Below, one piece after another: positions 8,256 to 16,012 of a stretch of 35,841 nucleotides of DNA. Each line of letters begins with the position of its first letter. Position 1 is the stretch's first letter. The notes beneath the pieces were generated by a model that made no database searches, was not told the DNA's origin, and was given only the letters and a program-made list of their open reading frames with translations. This DNA is from a bacterium (GTDB lineage: Bacteria > J088 > JAWLBW01). A program made the position numbers and the translations under genes. The DNA lies in the NCBI GenBank assembly GCA_041690355.1, contig JAWLHK010000015.1, forward strand, positions 62,001-97,841, written 5' to 3'.

Positions 8256-9479
8256 ATGAGCAAGCGACAGAACATTCTCATCCTCGGCGGCGGAACCGGT
8301 GGCATCACGGTCGCCGCGCAGCTGCGCCGCAAGGCGCCCGAGTTTCACGTCACCGTTCTGGAGCCCTCGGAGCATCACTACTACCAGCCCCTGTGGACGC
8401 TGGTCGGCGCCGGCGATACGGCGAAGGAATCCACCGTGCGCCCGCAGGCGTCGGTCATCCCGAAGGGTGTCGAGTGGATTCAGGACGCCGCCGAAACGAT
8501 CGATCCCGAGCGCAAAGAGGTCGTGACGAAGAGCGGACGTCATCTCGCGTATGATTTTCTCGTCGTCGCCCCCGGCATCCAGATGAACTGGGATCGCATC
8601 GAAGGGCTCGCGGGCAATGTCGGCCGTCACGGCATCGTTTCGATCTACGGCTACGAGCACGCCGAAAAGACGGCGAGCGCCCTCGAATCGTTCCGCGGCG
8701 GCAAGGCGATTTTCACCATGCCCGGCACGCCGATCAAGTGCGCCGGCGCCCCGCAGAAGATCATGTATCTGGCTGATGACATCTTTCGCCGCAACGGCGT
8801 GAAGGCCGACGTGGTCTTCGCCTCGGCCGGCGCGAAGATCTTCGGCGTCAAGGAGTTCGCCGCGACGCTCGACAAGGTCATCGCCCGCCGCAACATCGAG
8901 ACCCGTTATCGCCACGACCTGATCGCGGTCGACGCGGCGGCCCGGCGCGCCCGTTTCCGCGTGACCGAGTGCGAAGGGGACAAGGTCACCGGCACGCGCG
9001 AAGAAGAGGTGGCCTACGATCTGCTGCACGTCGTGCCCCCCATGAGCGCCCCCGATTTCATCCGGAATTCCCCGTTGGCGGTTCCGAACGAACCGCTCGG
9101 CTGGGTCGACGTCGATCGGGGGACGCTGCAGCACAACCGGTACCCCGATGTGTTCAGTCTGGGCGACGCGAGCAGCGCGCCCACGTCCCGCACCGGGGCG
9201 GCCATCCGCAAGCAGGCGCCGGTGCTCGTGCACAACCTGATTGCCCACGCGCGCCGCATCGAGCGCGGCCCCGTGTGGAAGACGTACGACGGCTACGCTT
9301 CGTGCCCGCTGATCACGGGTTTCGGCAGCCTGGTGCTGGCGGAATTCGATTACGCCGGCAAGCCGGCCCCCTCGTTCCCCATCGACACGACGAAGGAGCG
9401 CTGGAGCATGTACCAGCTCAAGAAGCACATTCTCCCGCGCATGTACTGGAACGTGATGGTGAAGGGAAGGGACTTCTAG
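8256..9479 (+). CDS. sqr: Sulfide:quinone oxidoreductase (type II-like) FAD-dependent oxidoreductase
   Basis: GGGTGG Rossmann motif, HYYQPLWTLVG, KCAGAPQK and YDGYASCPL catalytic Cys motifs, LAEFDY. Confidence 0.88.
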   Translation: MSKRQNILILGGGTGGITVAAQLRRKAPEFHVTVLEPSEHHYYQPLWTLVGAGDTAKESTVRPQASVIPKGVEWIQDAAETIDPERKEVVTKSGRHLAYDFLVVAPGIQMNWDRIEGLAGNVGRHGIVSIYGYEHAEKTASALESFRGGKAIFTMPGTPIKCAGAPQKIMYLADDIFRRNGVKADVVFASAGAKIFGVKEFAATLDKVIARRNIETRYRHDLIAVDAAARRARFRVTECEGDKVTGTREEEVAYDLLHVVPPMSAPDFIRNSPLAVPNEPLGWVDVDRGTLQHNRYPDVFSLGDASSAPTSRTGAAIRKQAPVLVHNLIAHARRIERGPVWKTYDGYASCPLITGFGSLVLAEFDYAGKPAPSFPIDTTKERWSMYQLKKHILPRMYWNVMVKGRDF

Positions 9480-9490
9480 GCGTACTGAGT

Positions 9491-9606
9491 CGCTGGACGC
9501 TGGACGCTGGACGCTGGGCAAGCGCCAAGCGCTGAGCTCTGAGCGTCGAGGGGGCCAGGGACGACTCCCGACTTTGAACCGACTCAAGACACATGACTCA
9601 TGACCC
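9491..9606. repeat. Heptamer tandem repeat tracts
   Basis: CGCTGGA x3; AGCGCCA/AGCGCTG/AGCTCTG/AGCGTCG; GACTCAA/GACACAT/GACTCAT. Confidence 0.75.
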
Positions 9607-9646
9607 CGTACGTGCGTTGACATCGATCGTACGTTCGTGCTAGGCT
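9607..9646 (+). promoter_or_regulatory. Promoter/operator of the Phd-VapC module
   Basis: TTGACA (9617-9622), 18 nt, TG-N-TAGGCT (9641-9646), ATG 6 nt later; CGTACG palindromes at 9607 and 9628. Confidence 0.65.
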
Positions 9647-9652
9647 CGGGGC

Positions 9653-9922
9653 ATGGGTAATGAGAAAGAAGGATACGGCGGGAAGCGGCTGACCGCGTCG
9701 GCCCTGCGGGCGAACATCTACAAGGTGCTCGACGAAGTGCTCGCCACGGGCGAAGCCGTCGAAATCGAGCGGTACGGCGAAGTCCTGCGCATCGTGCCGG
9801 CAGACAGGGCAGGGGGGCGAAAGCGGCATGCCAGGCTGGCCAATCTGCCTGCGTTCGATCTCGTGAGCGGCGATCCTGAAGACCTTGTTCATCTCGACTG
9901 GTCGGGCACCTGGCGGCCGTGA
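9653..9922 (+). CDS. Phd/YefM family antitoxin
   Basis: TAS.LRANIY..LD.V..TGE.VEIER.G signature; GTGA overlap with the toxin. Confidence 0.85.
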   Translation: MGNEKEGYGGKRLTASALRANIYKVLDEVLATGEAVEIERYGEVLRIVPADRAGGRKRHARLANLPAFDLVSGDPEDLVHLDWSGTWRP

Positions 9923-10305
9923 AGACGTCGCTGCTCTACCTGGATACGCACGTCGTCGTCTGGCTGGCCCAGAACGAGCCCCAGCGGCTCTCGACGACCG
10001 GCCGGCGACTGATCGAGCGCAGCGCTCTCCGGATCTCACCGATGGTCTCGCTTGAACTGCGCTATCTGTTCGAGATCGGGCGCCTCAAGCTGCCGCCCCG
10101 GCACTGGCTGCCCGAGCTGCTTCGCAGGCTGGATGCGGAGCTGGGGCAGATCCCTTTCGCAGACGTCGTCACCCACGCCGAAGAGCTCGCCTGGTCACGC
10201 GATCCGTTCGATCGGCTCATCGTAGCCGAGGCGGCCTGCGCGTCTGCCGCCCTCCTCACCAAAGATGAGCTGCTGCGCGAACATTTCCGCAAAGCAGTGT
10301 GGTGA
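9919..10305 (+). CDS. vapC: VapC family PIN-domain toxin
   Basis: LDTHVVVW, S..E, RDPFDRLIVA.A, LLTKD. Confidence 0.92.
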   Translation: MKTSLLYLDTHVVVWLAQNEPQRLSTTGRRLIERSALRISPMVSLELRYLFEIGRLKLPPRHWLPELLRRLDAELGQIPFADVVTHAEELAWSRDPFDRLIVAEAACASAALLTKDELLREHFRKAVW

Positions 10306-10372
10306 GGGCCAACGCACCGAGCGCTCACCGCTTCAGCTATCTTCTGACGAAGCTGGCCCGCGGGGGCCTGAG

Positions 10373-10783
10373 TCAGGTCTGCGGAGTTTCGGGCGCAGAG
10401 GCGGGGTTCGTGGGGAGGTCGACCACGAACCCCTTGCTTTTCAGCCAGGTCACGGCATCGGCATGGGTGCCCACGACCTTGATGTCGATGCCCGACAGCA
10501 TGGCCACCGTCTTGGCCATCGCCCGCAGCCAGAGGCTCGGCACCAGGGCGGCGATGTACAGTTTATCCTGGTGCCGCTTTCCGATTTCGCCCCAGAGGGC
10601 CAGGTAATCGGTCTCGGATTTCTTCGTCAGCGTCGAGTCGCTGTACAGGCCGATGCGCGTGTACTTCGACGCGAGGTAGGCGAACGATTTTTCGACTTCT
10701 TCGGCCAGCGCCTTGCCGTTCGCCGCGCTGGTATATTCGCCATGGACCAGGTAGACCAGATTCTCGTGCATCCACGTCCGCAT
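10373..10783 (-). CDS. Hypothetical protein, STAS/SEC14 (SpoIIAA-like) fold suspected
   Basis: Coding-like codon usage, GGGAGG RBS before ATG 10783 (alternative 10789), C-terminal ...A..WL pattern. Confidence 0.55.
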   Translation of the reverse strand: MRTWMHENLVYLVHGEYTSAANGKALAEEVEKSFAYLASKYTRIGLYSDSTLTKKSETDYLALWGEIGKRHQDKLYIAALVPSLWLRAMAKTVAMLSGIDIKVVGTHADAVTWLKSKGFVVDLPTNPASAPETPQT

Positions 10784-10872
10784 GCGCATCCTCCCGCGCT
10801 CATCTTGGCCTGGAGGTCCCAGCCGGAGCGCTCCGTCAATTTATCCCACGTCAGCGAGGGGATGCAAGGCCG

Positions 10873-10969
10873 AGCGCCAAGCGCCGAGCGCTAAGCACTG
10901 AAGAAGGATCCCACGCCATGCCGAAATTCGTCATTCCTCACTCGTCACTCGTCACTCGTCACTCGTCAC
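10873..10969. repeat. Heptamer tandem repeat tracts
   Basis: AGCGCCA/AGCGCCG/AGCGCTA/AGCACTG (10873-10900) and TCGTCAC-type x6 (10928-10969), the latter overlapping the mtfA-like stop codon. Confidence 0.8.
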
Positions 10970-11695
10970 TTCTGCAGGGTCGTCGCGGTAGAATTTCGCC
11001 AGCTCGGCGTACAGGTCGGGAAGGGCGTCGCGAAGCTCGCGCGGGGTCTCAAAGAACGATTCCGTCGCCACCGCGAAGAATTCAGCCTCGTTCTCGGCGC
11101 CGTAGTCGTCGAGCACGCTCAGGTGGCGCGGATTGCCGACCTCGAGCTCGAGAAAATTGCGCTCCATGACTTCGCCCCAGATCCGATAATCGGATTCGCG
11201 GTGCAGGCGCGGGGTTCCGTCGAAGTCGCCGGTGGCCCGATCGAGCACGTGGGCGAACTCGTGGAAGACCGTGTTGTAGCCATCCCGCGGATCGGCAAGC
11301 CCCTCGAGCACGTCATCCCAGGCGAGCACGACCACCCCCCAGTCGTGCGCCTCGCCCATGTTGACGTCCTGGTATTCGGGGTGCCGGAAGCCGCCGGGGT
11401 ACACGACGATCTCGGTCAGCCGGTTGTAGTAGCTGAGCCCCAGGCGCAGGATCGGACGGCAGGCCGCCGCCGCGATGGTCACGCGCAGCTCGTCGGTCAT
11501 CTCGATGCCGCCGGCCGGGATCCAGATCTTCTCCCAGACGAACAGTTTCGCGAGCGTGCGCAGAGTGTCCTGGTCCGCCGAAGGCAGGGCGGCAAAGAAG
11601 GGGACGCGGGCCGTGAGAACCTCGTTCCACTCGGGCGGAAACGGGCGATCGCGGTGCAGCCGGCGAGTCAGAGCGCGGGGGAGCCACATGCGCAT
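10952..11695 (-). CDS. mtfA: Zinc-dependent peptidase, MtfA/M90 family
   Basis: IVVYP..F, GEA...G.VVL.W, HEFAH.LD, YGA.N.AEFFAVATESFFE.P; GGGAGG RBS before ATG 11695. Confidence 0.9.
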   Translation of the reverse strand: MRMWLPRALTRRLHRDRPFPPEWNEVLTARVPFFAALPSADQDTLRTLAKLFVWEKIWIPAGGIEMTDELRVTIAAAACRPILRLGLSYYNRLTEIVVYPGGFRHPEYQDVNMGEAHDWGVVVLAWDDVLEGLADPRDGYNTVFHEFAHVLDRATGDFDGTPRLHRESDYRIWGEVMERNFLELEVGNPRHLSVLDDYGAENEAEFFAVATESFFETPRELRDALPDLYAELAKFYRDDPAEVTSDE

Positions 11696-11791
11696 CCAGT
11701 GTACCTCCCGGGGCCGGGGGCGGCACGACATTGCGTCCGGTTTTCGGGGAGAAGGTAGCGTCGGCCGGGCTCGATATCACGGGCGCCGGAG

Positions 11792-11809
11792 ATACCCATC
11801 GGGTATACT
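11792..11809 (+). promoter_or_regulatory. Palindrome overlapping a -10-like box upstream of the small ORF/WYL pair
   Basis: ATACCC-ATC-GGGTAT (11792-11806) overlapping TATACT (11804-11809); no recognisable -35. Confidence 0.45.
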
Positions 11810-11833
11810 GTAAGCGATACGCGAGGCTCCTGG

Positions 11834-12073
11834 ATGGATATTTACGGCAAAAACGGTCGCTGGTTCGTCATCCCCCGCCAACGCAGCGCCCGCAACGAGC
11901 TGCTGGCTCCGTTTGCAGAGGGCGCTGACGGCACCCTCTTCGGGCGCCGCGTGCGACGCGCCTATCACAATGCCGATTACGGCGTCGAACTCGACTGCAA
12001 CCTCGAAGAGGCCTGCGTCATCGGCGGCTGCCTCGAGCTGATTGCCGACCTCGTTCGCTCTGAACGGCACTGA
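11834..12073 (+). CDS. Small hypothetical protein (79 aa)
   Basis: ATG with upstream GAGG, strong GC3 bias, fills the gap 20 bp before the WYL gene. Confidence 0.7.
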   Translation: MDIYGKNGRWFVIPRQRSARNELLAPFAEGADGTLFGRRVRRAYHNADYGVELDCNLEEACVIGGCLELIADLVRSERH

Positions 12074-12093
12074 CTCTCCATCTCCTCCCGTTC

Positions 12094-13080
12094 GTGTCGA
12101 ACCGCAAACCGAATTACGACACCGCCCTGCAGATCATTCAGCTGGCGATGCGCGCTTTTCCCCGGCGCACGCCCTGGCCGCTCGCCGAGGCCGCCGAGGA
12201 GATCGGCTGCAGCGCGCGCACGATCAAGCGCTACGTCGAAGCCCTCGCCGACGTCTTTCAGGACGACGAAGGGCGGCCGCTGCTCACCATCGAACACGAG
12301 GGGAACCGGAATCCGCGCCTCGTCGTCTCGCGCCCCGTGCTGGCGCTCAACCCCTGGGTCTACGACTACGCCTCGCTGTTTCTGGCCATGCAGATGCTGA
12401 ACTTCGCCGAGGGCACCGAGCTTCAGGCGGGGCTCGCGCGCATCGAGCAGGGGCTGGCGCCGCTGCTCCCCGCCGAAGCGCAGTCTGCCCTCCGGCGGAT
12501 GGCGCGCAAGTTTCACGTCTTTCACCACGGCGCCCGCAGCATCCCCGACGGCGACGTCTTCTCCGACGTGTTTTCGGCCGTCGTCCAGGAGCGTCGGCTG
12601 CGGATTCAGTACGAAGGGTGGAAGGCGCCCGCCGTACTCGAACCGTTGAGCCTGATCGTCTTCAAAGAAGGGCTTTATCTGGTGACGCGGGCGCCGAAGA
12701 ACCAGAAACTCTACGTGCTGGCCGTCGAGCGCATCCGCCGGGCCGACTTCCTGACCGAGCGGTTTGCGTATCCCGATGACTGGTCGCCCGAGCAGTTCCG
12801 CGGGCAGAACTTCGGCATGCTCCCGGGCGAGGTCATGGACGTTTCGTTACGCTTCCGGCCCCATCTGTACGAGTACCTGCGGAGCCGCACGTTCCACCCC
12901 ACGCAGAAGCTGAAAAAGCTGCGCGACGGCAGCGTGCGCATGACCATGTCGGTGTCGGGTCTCGAAGAGCTGCGTGCGTGGATCTGCGCCTTCGGCGACG
13001 AGGTGGTTGTCGAGGGCCCCGAGAAGCTCCGCCGCTCGGTTGCGGCGCGTCTGCAGGGCGCCGCCGAGCAGTATCGTTGA
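12094..13080 (+). CDS. HTH-WYL-WCX transcriptional regulator (PafB/PafC/DriD-like)
   Basis: wHTH (AAEEIGCSARTIKRY), WYL region (EPLSL....GLYLV...LAVERI), C-terminal WCX (WICAFGDEVVVEGP..LR). Confidence 0.92.
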   Translation: MSNRKPNYDTALQIIQLAMRAFPRRTPWPLAEAAEEIGCSARTIKRYVEALADVFQDDEGRPLLTIEHEGNRNPRLVVSRPVLALNPWVYDYASLFLAMQMLNFAEGTELQAGLARIEQGLAPLLPAEAQSALRRMARKFHVFHHGARSIPDGDVFSDVFSAVVQERRLRIQYEGWKAPAVLEPLSLIVFKEGLYLVTRAPKNQKLYVLAVERIRRADFLTERFAYPDDWSPEQFRGQNFGMLPGEVMDVSLRFRPHLYEYLRSRTFHPTQKLKKLRDGSVRMTMSVSGLEELRAWICAFGDEVVVEGPEKLRRSVAARLQGAAEQYR

Positions 13081-13105
13081 GCGGCCCTCGACTCCAGGCC
13101 GAATC

Positions 13106-15241
13106 TCAGCGATAGATCAGGTCGAAGAGGCGGCGCGCGAGGTCGGCGTTCTGCCCCTGGAGCATCTTGTACTCTGACAGCGCCTCGGCGCGCTGCCCGC
13201 GGGCGACATAGACCAACCCCATGCCGAAGTGAAAGAGGGGCTGCTCGGGGTCGCGGCGTATCCCTTCGCGAAAGACCTGGGCGGCGGCATCGAGGCGCTC
13301 CTGCTGCACAAGCGCGTTGCCGAGCTGGAATCGGGCCACGTGCAGATCCGGGTCGCGGGCGACCGCGTCGCGAAAAGCCAGCTCTGCATCGCGAGGGCGC
13401 CCGTCGTCGCGGGCCGCCACGCCGAGGTGCAGATAGGGCTCGGCCGCGTCTGGAGCCAGAGCGACCGCGCGCCCGCAGACCTCGACGGCGCGTTCGGTAC
13501 GCCGTGCATCGTTATAGAGCTGGCAGAGCCGGCTCCACGCTTCAACGGAACCGGGTGCGAGGTCGATCGCCGCCAGAAAGGCGCGCTCGGCCTGCGGCAA
13601 GTCTTCGCGCTGCATTTCGGTCAGACCGAGCGAAGTCCAGAGGGGGGCGTCCGGACCTCGCCGCAGCGCCTCGGCGAACGCTTCGGCAGCCTGGTCCCAG
13701 CGGCCCATCCGGTAGTACACGCGGCCGCGTCCGGCTGGGCCCAGGGGGTCGTCGGGAGCGAGCCGCGCCACTTGGGCAAAGGCGTCCAGCGCCTGCTCGT
13801 AGAGCTCCAGATGCTCGTAGGCGACCCCGAGGTCGTGGTGGGCGTGAAAGGCCCGTGGGGCGCGCCGGATGACCTCACGGTACATCTCGGCAGCCTTGGG
13901 CCACTGCTCATGCCGGGCGAAGAGGTCGCCGAGCTGCCAGTAGGCCTGCGTGTACTGCGGGTTGACGCGGAGGGCGCGCGCGAACGCCTTGCCGGCGTCG
14001 AGGTCCTGACCGCCCGCGACGAGCAGCGCGCCCAGCTCGTAGTGGGCGTCGGCGCGGGTCGGGGCCAGGGCGGCGGCGCGGTCGAGCAGGCGGCGGGCTT
14101 CGGCGGTCTGTCCCGCTTCTCGCAGCACGCGCCCGAGGTTGATCAGCGGCTCGGCCTTGCCGCCGTCGGCCCGGATTGCCTTGCGGTACGCGTCCTGCGC
14201 GGCCGGTAATTCGCCGCGGTCTTCGGCCAGAATGCCCAGCTGGTTCCACGCGTCGGCGTGATCGGGCTGCAGGGCGACGGCGCTTTCGAAAAGCCGGCGC
14301 GCCTCGTCGTCGCGCCCGCGGCCGCGTTCGGCGAGCCCCCAGGCATAGCGGATGCGCGGCGCGTCCGTATGGCGGGTGGCCGCGCGGGCAAAGACGGCCG
14401 CTGCGTCGTCGAATTCTCCGAGTTGAATGCGCAGCGTGCCGGCGAGAAGCCAGGCGTCTTCGAGCGCCGGATGTTCGTGGGCGACTTTATCGAAGGCGCG
14501 CACGGCCTCTTCAAGCCGGTTGTCGAGGTAGAGGGCCATACCCGGGCGCAGGCGCTCGTCGTCGTCGGCGCGCCCTTCGGTGCGCAGCGCGCGGAGCGGG
14601 CGCCTCGGGTGCATCGCGGCGAGCAGTCGCTGGAGGGCCGAGGCCGGAACCGCGAAATTGAGGTTCTGCCCCTTGATGAGCTGCAGCGTGGCCACGCCGA
14701 CCACCTCGCCGCTCGTATTGAGAACGGGGCTGCCGCTGCTGCCGGGCGATATCGGGGCCGATATCTGCAGGATCGGCCCGACCCCGGGGATGTCGCGCAC
14801 CGAAGACACGATGCCGTCCGAAACGGAGAACTGCAACCCCAGCGGCGTGCCCAGCACGAAGACCCGTTCGCCCTCGGCGGGCAGGGTCACGGCGAGCGGC
14901 AGCGGCGACGGGGGTGAAGTGACCGGCGCTGCCAGGGCGAGCACGACCAGATCGCGCTTCGGGTCGGCGGCTGCGTATCCATCGGCGGTGACGCGGCGAC
15001 CGTCGGCAAGCCGCAGCTCGACGGCAGCTGCGTTCTGCACGACATGCCCGTTGGTGACGACCCGGTCGGCTGCGACGAAGAATCCGGTGCCGAGGCCCGT
15101 CTCCTGGCCGGCGGCATTGCGGGTCACGACGACGACGACCGAGGGCTTGACGCGCCGGACCATGTCGGGCAGGTCGGCCGCCGCGGCGAGGGGACTGAGC
15201 AGCAGGCCGCCCACGAGAAGGAGAAGCAGTCGGTGAAGCAT
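13106..15241 (-). CDS. Secreted trypsin-like serine protease with C-terminal TPR array
   Basis: Signal peptide, GTGFFV, TNGHVV, RDL, ISPGSSGSP; more than 10 TPR-like A...LG...repeats. Confidence 0.9.
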   Translation of the reverse strand: MLHRLLLLLVGGLLLSPLAAAADLPDMVRRVKPSVVVVVTRNAAGQETGLGTGFFVAADRVVTNGHVVQNAAAVELRLADGRRVTADGYAAADPKRDLVVLALAAPVTSPPSPLPLAVTLPAEGERVFVLGTPLGLQFSVSDGIVSSVRDIPGVGPILQISAPISPGSSGSPVLNTSGEVVGVATLQLIKGQNLNFAVPASALQRLLAAMHPRRPLRALRTEGRADDDERLRPGMALYLDNRLEEAVRAFDKVAHEHPALEDAWLLAGTLRIQLGEFDDAAAVFARAATRHTDAPRIRYAWGLAERGRGRDDEARRLFESAVALQPDHADAWNQLGILAEDRGELPAAQDAYRKAIRADGGKAEPLINLGRVLREAGQTAEARRLLDRAAALAPTRADAHYELGALLVAGGQDLDAGKAFARALRVNPQYTQAYWQLGDLFARHEQWPKAAEMYREVIRRAPRAFHAHHDLGVAYEHLELYEQALDAFAQVARLAPDDPLGPAGRGRVYYRMGRWDQAAEAFAEALRRGPDAPLWTSLGLTEMQREDLPQAERAFLAAIDLAPGSVEAWSRLCQLYNDARRTERAVEVCGRAVALAPDAAEPYLHLGVAARDDGRPRDAELAFRDAVARDPDLHVARFQLGNALVQQERLDAAAQVFREGIRRDPEQPLFHFGMGLVYVARGQRAEALSEYKMLQGQNADLARRLFDLIYR

Positions 15242-15316
15242 CCCTTTACCGTAGCCTTCTGCGCACGGCGATTCAAACCGGGATGTGCACGTGGAGTTCG
15301 CGCCTGTCGCAAAAGT

Positions 15317-15348
15317 AAAAAGGGGAAGCCGCCAACGACGGTTCCCCC
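15317..15348 (-). terminator. Rho-independent terminator after the XRE gene
   Basis: Minus strand GGGGAACCGTC-GTT-GGCGGCTTCCCC-TTTTT. Confidence 0.65.
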
Positions 15349-15372
15349 GTGAGGGCCACGGAAGGCCGCGCC

Positions 15373-15714
15373 TCAGCGCGGCATGGAGAGAAACAGCTCG
15401 GCCGTTTTGGCCAGCGCGTCGACGTGGGGATTGGACAGGCGCATCACGAGCGCATCGAGCCGGGCGCGGGCGGCGCCGCTTGCCTGAGCGGTGGTGGGGG
15501 GTTCGTCGACCAGAAGGCAGAGCGGGCAGCCGAGGGCGGTGGCCAGCGCGGCCAGCGTGGCGATACTGGCCCGGTCGGCTTCGCCCCGTTCGAGACGCCC
15601 CAGATGCTTGGCGCTGAGGCCTGCCCGCTCTGCCAGCTGCTGTTGGCTGATGCCGAGTGCGATGCGCCGTTCGCGGAGAGTACGCCCGATTCGAATTCCC
15701 AGTGTTTCAGTCAT
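15373..15714 (-). CDS. XRE family HTH transcriptional regulator
   Basis: LRERR...GISQQQLAERAGLS...LGRLERG....S..TL..LA.AL. Confidence 0.9.
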   Translation of the reverse strand: MTETLGIRIGRTLRERRIALGISQQQLAERAGLSAKHLGRLERGEADRASIATLAALATALGCPLCLLVDEPPTTAQASGAARARLDALVMRLSNPHVDALAKTAELFLSMPR

Positions 15715-15816
15715 GTTACACGTTTCGATATCTGAAAGGGGCCCATTATAGCGCGGACAATCGCCAAGCGGAACCCCTTAAAGGTCCTTTTAGGGTATCT
15801 TTTTGTGTAACATGAC
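15710..15816. promoter_or_regulatory. XRE control region: perfect 12-bp inverted repeats flanking a promoter and internal palindromes
   Basis: GTCATGTTACAC (15710-15721) / GTGTAACATGAC (15805-15816); minus-strand TTCCGC-17-TATAAT (15773-15745); palindrome CCCTtAAAGGtCCTTTtAGGG (15775-15795). Confidence 0.6.
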
Positions 15817-15877
15817 CATTTCCTAGTGGTGAAAACGACCGGGGAGCGAATTCCGCGGCGGTCATCCGGTCTTCAAT

Positions 15878-15931
15878 CAGACAGCCACGCCACTTTCGAG
15901 CGGGCAGACAGCCACGCCACTTTCGAGCGGG
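15878..15931. repeat. Exact 27-bp tandem duplication
   Basis: CAGACAGCCACGCCACTTTCGAGCGGG x2. Confidence 0.95.
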
Positions 15932-16012
15932 AAAGGCTTCGCCGACCTGCGAACGCAGGCGCATCGGCGGCTCGCCCTTCTGCGATGGCGCGCCGCGCTG
16001 CATCCTGCGCTC

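Noticed and set aside
11777..12070. Minus-strand 97-aa ORF preceded by GGAGGAG
   Set aside because: Antisense to the 79-aa ORF, whose codon bias and operon position are more convincing
15878..15931. Possible CRISPR repeat (27 bp x2)
   Set aside because: No spacer between the copies, only two units, no cas genes
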